IMG/VR virus record: IMGVR_UViG_3300037067_016568
Coordinates: 64,001-128,000 of that record
Strand: one strand, 5' to 3'
DNA: 64,000 bases
Source of the DNA: a virus
Lineage: Duplodnaviria > Caudoviricetes
Part shown: piece after piece, positions 39,053 through 46,200 of the stretch
Layout of the letters: each line of letters begins with the position of its first letter
Numbering within the stretch: the first letter of the stretch is position 1
Notes under the pieces: generated by a model
The model's database searches: none
Told to the model about the DNA's origin: nothing
Seen by the model: the letters and a program-made list of their open reading frames with translations, nothing else
Translations under genes and position numbers: made by a program

Positions 39053-39981
39053 GTATATCATCAAGGCTAGATGCCTCAAAGGACATTGAAGATTTCGAGT
39101 TACAACAATCGACCAAAAAAGCCTTAGGGGATCTTCTAAACGCCAAAGCAGAAGGCAAATTGATCGAATGCCTCGACGACGGATTTGTCAGATTAGTCGA
39201 CCATATGGGCGACGATTCCGCAATTGTGCAGGCAGCTAGAGTAAGTTATGGAGCGGGCACAAAATCCGTCAGCGATGATAGAAGCCTCATTCGCTACCTG
39301 ATGAAAAACCGCCACACAACGCCCTTTGAGATGATAGAGTTTAAGTTCCACGTTCGTGTGCCGATGGACTGCTGGCGTCAATGGATCAGGACGAGAACGG
39401 CTTCTGTTAATGAATATTCGACCAGATATTCTGAGGCTATTGACTCAATGCAGGCTGTAAAAACATGGCGGTGCCAAAGCACAACAAACAAACAGGGTTC
39501 CTCGGAGCAAAGAGTTGAATGGCCAGACGATGCTACTTTGAGAGATATTTCAGCAGAGGAATATCTCTCAAATAGAGAAGCAGAGTTCCATCAAAAAGCT
39601 AGAGATTTATATAAGGAGCGGCTAGCTTTCGGCATCGCCAGAGAACAAGCAAGAAAAGATCTACCGCTTAGCACCTACACCGAAGCATATTGGAAAATTG
39701 ACGGTCATAATTTATTGCATTTTCTTGGGCTTCGTATGGATGGGCATGCTCAGCAAGAGATTAGAGAGTATGCGTATGCGATATGGAATTTGATACGAGA
39801 TATCGTACCATTTACATGTGAAGCTTTTGAAGATTACCGTTTGGACGCAATGACGTTCAGCCAAGTAGAAATCTGGGAGCTATGTAGAATACTGCATCCA
39901 GACAAATCGTACCCGACAAAATCGCTGGGAACGCGAGAACGCAAAGAATTCTTAGAAAAGTTAAATCGACTAGATTTATGA
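39049..39981 (+). CDS. thyX: FAD-dependent thymidylate synthase
   Basis: IVQAARVSY, HTTPFE, RQWIRTRTASVNEYSTRY, REQARKDLP, FLGLRMDGHAQQEIREYA. Confidence 0.96.
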   Translation: MSISSRLDASKDIEDFELQQSTKKALGDLLNAKAEGKLIECLDDGFVRLVDHMGDDSAIVQAARVSYGAGTKSVSDDRSLIRYLMKNRHTTPFEMIEFKFHVRVPMDCWRQWIRTRTASVNEYSTRYSEAIDSMQAVKTWRCQSTTNKQGSSEQRVEWPDDATLRDISAEEYLSNREAEFHQKARDLYKERLAFGIAREQARKDLPLSTYTEAYWKIDGHNLLHFLGLRMDGHAQQEIREYAYAIWNLIRDIVPFTCEAFEDYRLDAMTFSQVEIWELCRILHPDKSYPTKSLGTRERKEFLEKLNRLDL

Positions 39982-40391
39982 TCGGCGATAACGAGATATC
40001 TACTGTCGCCAAGAAATTCGATGTCGGATGGGAGAACGACAAAGAACATACTGATTATAGCTATTCAGGCGGCAGAAACATCTATCTCGGAAGGTATAAA
40101 GACCCAGAGCTAAGATTAGTTTCTTTTTTCCACGAGCTAGGCCACGTTCTAATCCCGCAAGATTTCAGAGAAAAGTGGGATTTCAATAAACTGATTTTGG
40201 AAATAGAATGCTGGAGTATAGGCTTGGAGATAGCCAGACAAGAAGGCATTTTATTTTCAGACTCAGCATTGAAATGGGGATATGGGCAAGCTCTTACCTA
40301 TGCTGGATGGGAAGAAAGAGAACTCATTCCAGAAGCCTGGGAAAAACGTAGAATAAAACTATGGATATCACTAAACAGGCTGGACCTGTAA
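39978..40391 (+). CDS. HExxH zincin-like protein
   Basis: FFHELGH and a downstream EIECW third-ligand motif. Confidence 0.6.
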   Translation: MIGDNEISTVAKKFDVGWENDKEHTDYSYSGGRNIYLGRYKDPELRLVSFFHELGHVLIPQDFREKWDFNKLILEIECWSIGLEIARQEGILFSDSALKWGYGQALTYAGWEERELIPEAWEKRRIKLWISLNRLDL

Positions 40392-40727
40392 GCTATCCGA
40401 TTTGATTTTCTTCTCCACATAGTCGATTGTACGCCGCACCTTGTTCATAAAAGAACGTGCGTCTGCAATACATGCATCTACAGCCTCTTGCGGAGTATCA
40501 AACCTGCCATTGTTCTCAAAGAAACTGTCACCACAGCCAGGAATATCGTCGCGGGTCGTCAGCATCGCAAAATACTTGCCAGCCGTAGCCAGATGGACGG
40601 AAACGAATTTGTTGATAGCCATGCAGTGCCAACCGCAGTTGTCCCATATTTTCAACTGCCAGTCTGCTCCCAGTAAACCATCCATCATTTCAGCGCCTTT
40701 AGCTCTTGCCTCAGTTTCTGTCATCAT
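40371..40727 (-). CDS. hypothetical protein
   Basis: 118 aa with AAGGAGG SD. Confidence 0.6.
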   Translation of the reverse strand: MMTETEARAKGAEMMDGLLGADWQLKIWDNCGWHCMAINKFVSVHLATAGKYFAMLTTRDDIPGCGDSFFENNGRFDTPQEAVDACIADARSFMNKVRRTIDYVEKKIKSDSLQVQPV

Positions 40728-40739
40728 TATAGACCTCCT

Positions 40740-41177
40740 TTAGCGACTGTAAATACGACCAACATAGATGGGTTGTAATGGATATCCCCACCCCGCAGTG
40801 CAACGTGGGTAAGAATAATTGTAGTTGTAATATCTATACTTGTAATAAGAGCGATGCCAGTAGGTTTGCGCCCGTATCTGCATTTTCGCCATTTTAATTG
40901 CGAAGTTTCTTTCGTCTCGCAATCTCTTTTCCTCTTTTTTGATGATATATGCCTTGGCCGTGGCTGCAATTTGCGTCGGCGTCATTGCATTCAATTTCTT
41001 CTCCCATTCTGCCACTTTCTTATCATTGAATCGCAAGTCTACCATCAAATAAGCAAGCAGCCATTCCTTTTGCTGCTGCGCCGTCATGCTGTCTATTGGC
41101 AATGGCTTCTGCTGTGGTACTTGAGCCTTCGGGACTTGCGACAGAACAATAGCTGATACAAGAATTAACACACTCAT
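40740..41177 (-). CDS. hypothetical secreted protein
   Basis: Signal-peptide-like N-terminus and Tyr-rich C-terminus; AAGGAG SD. Confidence 0.55.
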   Translation of the reverse strand: MSVLILVSAIVLSQVPKAQVPQQKPLPIDSMTAQQQKEWLLAYLMVDLRFNDKKVAEWEKKLNAMTPTQIAATAKAYIIKKEEKRLRDERNFAIKMAKMQIRAQTYWHRSYYKYRYYNYNYSYPRCTAGWGYPLQPIYVGRIYSR

Positions 41178-41458
41178 TGTTCGTCTCCTTTGTCGACAAC
41201 ACCGACACTCATAAACTGTTCATGCAAGCGATGAAGTTTATCATAAAATATTTTGACGCCCTCAGCATCTTCCAACACAACGGAATCGATCATATTCTTG
41301 AATTCAAGTGCCATCGCAGTGTATAGTCGTTCAAGCTTTTCGATCTCTTCTGTCGCACGACGTAATTCACGGCTGCGACAGAAGAGCTTAATGCTCATAT
41401 AGATGGTCATCAGAGAGCAGAACAAACATACAAAATTGCATATAGCGAATAGTATCAT
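41174..41458 (-). CDS. hypothetical membrane-anchored protein
   Basis: N-terminal TM helix followed by coiled coil. Confidence 0.55.
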   Translation of the reverse strand: MILFAICNFVCLFCSLMTIYMSIKLFCRSRELRRATEEIEKLERLYTAMALEFKNMIDSVVLEDAEGVKIFYDKLHRLHEQFMSVGVVDKGDEQ

Positions 41459-41459
41459 A

Positions 41460-41924
41460 TCAGTCCAAATTAATTACGCGGTCTATGTCGTCGAGTTTGG
41501 AAGATGGAGACGCAAAAACTTTATCTTGCTCTCGGACCAATTCTACAATATTATCTACATTAATGGCGTGATGCCCATCGATTGCTTGTGTAATCTGTAA
41601 TTCGGTCAAGATACCAAACTGCCATGCTCGCAAGCATGCAATCATGTTGTCTAGGCTCTCTCTGCATACATCCTTATAAAGAAGCCAAATACGCGACTCA
41701 TAGATGCCCAGAGAATCCAGCGACATCAAAGCACTTATTCCATTTAGAACCTCTTCGCTTTTCAGAAGTTCTACACAAATACGCACGGCTCCAGGATTGC
41801 CACCGGCCATTTTCATAATGGCGGTCATGGTATTGTCATCTAACGACAACCGCTCCTTTTTCTTTGGTGCCCTGTGTAGTGCTTCAAAAGGGCTACCACC
41901 CGACCAACATGCTGAACCCATCAC
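41460..41924 (-). CDS. conserved phage hypothetical protein
   Basis: MAGGNPGA..LDSLGIYESRIWLLYKDVC. Confidence 0.6.
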   Translation of the reverse strand: MMGSACWSGGSPFEALHRAPKKKERLSLDDNTMTAIMKMAGGNPGAVRICVELLKSEEVLNGISALMSLDSLGIYESRIWLLYKDVCRESLDNMIACLRAWQFGILTELQITQAIDGHHAINVDNIVELVREQDKVFASPSSKLDDIDRVINLD

Positions 41925-42017
41925 TATAACTCCAGAATACTATGTCCCTTACATCTATAATTTTTGTAGCATCAAAAGATATGCTAATTAATCCGAGAAG
42001 GATGTCAAATATACAGT

Positions 42018-42233
42018 ATGAAACTTATACAACTATCAGAAGATGGTGTAACTAGGGAGAGGAAACAAACCTCACAACCCAAAAAACGGGTATGGCAGAC
42101 TGACGAGCACCAGGGAAAGAAATGTAGTGCAGCTAGGTCTGTAGGTCCGGAAGCTAAACCATATAGATGGAGCACAGGAAAACCGATGTCGGGGGATGGT
42201 TACGCTGAACATATCTTGAAACCAGGACACTAG
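42018..42233 (+). CDS. small basic protein with MKLxxLxE N-terminus
   Basis: Begins MKLIQLSED. Confidence 0.5.
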   Translation: MKLIQLSEDGVTRERKQTSQPKKRVWQTDEHQGKKCSAARSVGPEAKPYRWSTGKPMSGDGYAEHILKPGH

Positions 42234-42234
42234 C

Positions 42235-42447
42235 CTAAAATCGCACTAGCTTTGGACCTCCATCGCCATATAACCAATATTGAGATGGTGCCATCTCTGA
42301 TTCATCAAACGCAGAACAGCAACGACTAACGTGCCTCTTTCCATCATCGCACCACCACGTCGTCTGGTTATCGTACTTCCACTTTCCGCCAAATAATTCC
42401 GACAATCGTTTAGCCCTGTTTACAACTGTATGTTCCAGCTGAAGCAT
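42235..42447 (-). CDS. hypothetical protein
   Basis: 70 aa, coupled to neighbouring ORFs. Confidence 0.5.
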   Translation of the reverse strand: MLQLEHTVVNRAKRLSELFGGKWKYDNQTTWWCDDGKRHVSRCCSAFDESEMAPSQYWLYGDGGPKLVRF

Positions 42448-42641
42448 CAGACCCGCCTCTCAACAAGCCTAATCTTTATATCGTCTGGTAATGGTTGAGA
42501 GCTAGTTATTTCAAGCCACGCACCACAATCAGGGCAAATCACCTGACTTCTCTCTTGCGTTGCTCTCTTCTTGGCGTCCTCTCGCTTCTCTTCCTCGGTA
42601 GCATTATGATGTTCTTTGATGCCGTCGAATTTACCCTTCAT
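42447..42641 (-). CDS. small CxxC protein
   Basis: ICPDCG; ATG follows GGAG. Confidence 0.5.
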   Translation of the reverse strand: MKGKFDGIKEHHNATEEEKREDAKKRATQERSQVICPDCGAWLEITSSQPLPDDIKIRLVERRV

Positions 42642-42892
42642 AAGTTCTCCTCTCCCCAAGCTCCCCATTTCTTAATTTCATCTTGCCAATGTTGTGGCAT
42701 ATCAGAAATCTTTATAATTTCAGTGGCATTAGAATTTGCTCTTCTAACCGACAAAATGCCTTCTGGCAATTCTTTACCATTATCGTAAATAGATGCTGCA
42801 CCCTCAACTGTCTCACCGTCAACAGCATGCAATTGTATAAACAACATTCTAGCCATCTGGATCACCGAATTTCTTGAACATGTCAGCCACAA
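42638..42892 (-). CDS. hypothetical protein
   Basis: ORF in a tightly packed minus-strand run; start uncertain. Confidence 0.45.
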   Translation of the reverse strand: MWLTCSRNSVIQMARMLFIQLHAVDGETVEGAASIYDNGKELPEGILSVRRANSNATEIIKISDMPQHWQDEIKKWGAWGEENL

Positions 42893-43478
42893 AATCAGGT
42901 TGCTGATAATATATGCGTTGTTTGTCTAGTACCCATTGAGCTAATGGAGTTAGAAGTAATCCGCGAACAACACAGAGATCATGACTCAGCTTTTCATCCA
43001 ACAAATAAGAAAAAGGTGGTGCTAAAAAGGGCTTATCTTCTTTACCGTTTTCATTCCATTTAACCAACTTATTGGCCATTCTGAATTTTCCGCGATTATG
43101 GCCAGTTTTATAAATTGGTGAATCGCGACGACGCCTAATGTATTCTCTATAATCGATCATGCCGCACGATATAGCAGCCATTATTGACGCTTGCGAAGGA
43201 TCAAAATATGCAACTATTAATACATCAGCTTTCGATTTGCAAAAATCGCTTTCGCCGCATACTACAGTCATATATCCGGATTCGGTGCAGATCTTTTCTT
43301 GGACTCTAATGCGCCTGCCATGGATGTCAATTATGTCGTAGTCAATCTTATCGACAATATCTGTATAAGTCTTATCAAATATTATCTCCTTGTATCCAAC
43401 GCCGAATTGAGATTGGAGATATGGCTTTAATAGCCTGTGTCCTTTTTTATAAATCATGAATTGTTCCTCAAATGCCAT
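42849..43478 (-). CDS. hypothetical protein, possibly nuclease-like
   Basis: IDYD..RIRVQEK could be a D..QxK variant. Confidence 0.45.
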   Translation of the reverse strand: MAFEEQFMIYKKGHRLLKPYLQSQFGVGYKEIIFDKTYTDIVDKIDYDIIDIHGRRIRVQEKICTESGYMTVVCGESDFCKSKADVLIVAYFDPSQASIMAAISCGMIDYREYIRRRRDSPIYKTGHNRGKFRMANKLVKWNENGKEDKPFLAPPFSYLLDEKLSHDLCVVRGLLLTPLAQWVLDKQRIYYQQPDFVADMFKKFGDPDG

Positions 43479-43479
43479 T

Positions 43480-43737
43480 TTACCAGCCGCCTCCGACTAT
43501 TTCAGCTGATACCCATGGGCCATCCCAGCGTTTGCAATGGCTACATTCTCGTCGCGTAGTCGGGATACCTTCACCCCAATCAGAGTGCTTATCCGTTACT
43601 CCATGTGGAACGTCACGTATCGTATGTTCAATACCAGCCTCTTTACAGTGCTTACAGTCATATTCATTCCATATTATACGGCCATCAGGACCGGTCTTCG
43701 CCAGTGCAGTTAATCTAGTATCAGAATTTGTACTCAT
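43480..43737 (-). CDS. Zn-ribbon protein
   Basis: CKHC..CSHC. Confidence 0.55.
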   Translation of the reverse strand: MSTNSDTRLTALAKTGPDGRIIWNEYDCKHCKEAGIEHTIRDVPHGVTDKHSDWGEGIPTTRRECSHCKRWDGPWVSAEIVGGGW

Positions 43738-44465
43738 ATTGGCGGCAACAATTGTGGAGCCGGTGCAGGCAACAATGGGATGTCTGATCCGTCACTACGA
43801 TTATTCCAACTCCAAAACATCATATATCCCATTCGACCTAGAATTATCTGATCGACAGTTGCGTTTTTGGTAAGTCTCTCCTGCAGGTCTGCAACTTCTG
43901 AAATACTCTTGACACCTAGATATTCAAATGCGGGCCATCTGAATTCCAATGGCAATATATCTTCCTTCTTTGGATTAGTATATGTTGTCCCATAACTATT
44001 TGTTGTTCTATAAGTAACGTTCAAAGTATTCGATTCTGATGTGGCAAGAGCAACACGGATAATAACTAACTTCTTAGTAATGTCATCAACAGAATCTTCA
44101 AACTTCCTTTGGTACTCTGACGGATTCACACTGCGAAGAAATGACACAAAGAACCTATCTGTACATCCTTCGCTAGCAACTTGATTACAATGATTATAAT
44201 AACAATGATAGATTCCTTGAATTTCGCGTGAAAATAGAATGCCGGCAAATGGGCTTGGCGGCATGTCAGCCAACAAACTTGCTACATGTTTAACTGCTCT
44301 TTCCCATAACTCGTTTCTGACATCGTATTGCGAGTCGACAATCGCACATGCAAGCCTCCATGTGTCATCTCCTCCTTTCTCGGCCTCCGATTCAAAAACG
44401 ATTAAGGGATCGATGTTGTTTGGTGCTGGATTGTATTTCTTTAATTGATACAGTATCGATTTCAT
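43734..44465 (-). CDS. hypothetical protein
   Basis: ~243-aa ORF. Confidence 0.55.
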   Translation of the reverse strand: MKSILYQLKKYNPAPNNIDPLIVFESEAEKGGDDTWRLACAIVDSQYDVRNELWERAVKHVASLLADMPPSPFAGILFSREIQGIYHCYYNHCNQVASEGCTDRFFVSFLRSVNPSEYQRKFEDSVDDITKKLVIIRVALATSESNTLNVTYRTTNSYGTTYTNPKKEDILPLEFRWPAFEYLGVKSISEVADLQERLTKNATVDQIILGRMGYMMFWSWNNRSDGSDIPLLPAPAPQLLPPI

Positions 44466-44507
44466 GTTAATCAAATACGTATTTCACAACTTTAAAAAGG
44501 AGAAGTC

Positions 44508-45515
44508 ATGAACATATTGGTTACTGGTGGGGCTGGCTATATAGGATCGCATGCGGTAAAGCGATTGCTGGATGAAAAGCATAAAGTCGCTGTAATTGAC
44601 AATCTATCGCGCGGGCATATAGAAGCGATAGATTGTCGTGCGGACTTTTATAGAGCTAAGCTGTCTGAAACAGATAAGTTACTTCGAATCCTATTGCAAC
44701 ACAGGATCGAATGTGTTATGCATTTCGCAGGACTTACATATGTTGGTGAGTCTGTGAGAAGACCACTTGATTACTACCGCAACAATGTCTCAGGAGCAAT
44801 CAGCTTGCTAGATGCTATGGATGCTGCGCATGTAAAGCAACTTGTATTTAGTTCCACAGCAGCAGTCTTTGGTGAGCCAAAAGAAGTCCCGATACATTGC
44901 TTTGTGGCACGTGATCCCATAAACCCATATGGGCGATCCAAGTACTTCATCGAAGAAATATTACACAATTACTCGACATCGGATAGAAGATTCACATTCG
45001 CTGTATTAAGATACTTTAACGTAGCAGGAGCAGCCTTTGATGGGTCTATTGGAGAAGACCATAAACCAGAAACACATCTCATACCGTCTCTGCTGTTATC
45101 TGCATTACTGAGCAAACAGCCGAGAGCCCAAATTTTTGGGATAGATTATCCAACTCCAGATGGCACTTGCATACGAGATTATGTTCATGTTGAAGATTTA
45201 ATCACAGCACATATTCTGGCAATGGAATCACTAAAATCAGGAGAAACACAACAATATAACATCGGCATTGGTCGAGGTTATTCGGTAAGAGAAGTCATAG
45301 ATGCAGTACAAAGAATCACTGGAGTAGCCTTTGAAATAGAAGAATTACCGAGGCGTCCTGGCGATCCGTCAGTTTTATATGCGAATTCTGATCGCATCAA
45401 AAGAGATCTGAACTGGTCTCCAAAGTATGGCCTAGATGCCATGATTACCACAGCTTGGAATTGGTTTCAGAATCATCCAAATGGCTACATACCGGACACT
45501 CATGCGTCCGGTTAA
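44508..45515 (+). CDS. galE: UDP-glucose 4-epimerase
   Basis: ILVTGGAGYIGSH, FSSTAAV, YGRSK, RYFNVAGA, DGTCIRDYVHV, RRPGDP. Confidence 0.96.
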   Translation: MNILVTGGAGYIGSHAVKRLLDEKHKVAVIDNLSRGHIEAIDCRADFYRAKLSETDKLLRILLQHRIECVMHFAGLTYVGESVRRPLDYYRNNVSGAISLLDAMDAAHVKQLVFSSTAAVFGEPKEVPIHCFVARDPINPYGRSKYFIEEILHNYSTSDRRFTFAVLRYFNVAGAAFDGSIGEDHKPETHLIPSLLLSALLSKQPRAQIFGIDYPTPDGTCIRDYVHVEDLITAHILAMESLKSGETQQYNIGIGRGYSVREVIDAVQRITGVAFEIEELPRRPGDPSVLYANSDRIKRDLNWSPKYGLDAMITTAWNWFQNHPNGYIPDTHASG

Positions 45516-46200
45516 TTTCGATCTGCTTGAATGTATTCTGCCACAGATCGATTATTGTAACATATGGAGAAATGTAATTGAGATTGCCGCTGCATATTTT
45601 CAATGCCTCAGCAGCTTCTATAGATGCAATGACGTTCGTTATCGGACTAAGCATCCCAATTTCATCATCATTTGTAGGCACACCATCAAGGAAAAGGCAT
45701 CGTAGGCAAGCTGTTCTTCCAGGGACAACAGTCATTGTGTTCCCATAAGCACCATCGCAGCCACCAAAAATCCACGGCTTTTTAAGTTTGATAGCTGCAT
45801 CATTAATAATGAATTTTGTAGCAATATCGTCTGTACCATCAAGGATGATATCTACATCATTGCAGAGATGCTCAATGTTTGAGGCATCAATTCGTGAATT
45901 AGTCGGCTCAATACATGTAGATCTGTTAACGGCCAGAAGCTTTTGAGCGACTACAACAGACTTAAGTCTGCGGACGTCCTGTTCATCGAATAATAACTGT
46001 CGATGTAAATTGCTCATATCGACAGTATCATAATCAGCGATGCGCAGAAATCCGACACCGGCCCTCACCAACAAGTTGGCAATAGTCGATCCAAGTGCAC
46101 CGCATCCACATATCAATACACGTGACTGGCTCAGCAACCGTTGTCCCTCTTCTCCAATCGGTTCAAATCTGGTCTGCTGGATATATCGATTACCAGTCAT
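45445..46200 (-). CDS. ThiF/MoeB/HesA family adenylyltransferase (E1-like)
   Basis: GCGALGS, DYDTVDMSNLHRQ, DGTD, CLRC...CPVC. Confidence 0.92.
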   Translation of the reverse strand: MTGNRYIQQTRFEPIGEEGQRLLSQSRVLICGCGALGSTIANLLVRAGVGFLRIADYDTVDMSNLHRQLLFDEQDVRRLKSVVVAQKLLAVNRSTCIEPTNSRIDASNIEHLCNDVDIILDGTDDIATKFIINDAAIKLKKPWIFGGCDGAYGNTMTVVPGRTACLRCLFLDGVPTNDDEIGMLSPITNVIASIEAAEALKICSGNLNYISPYVTIIDLWQNTFKQIEINRTHECPVCSHLDDSETNSKLW

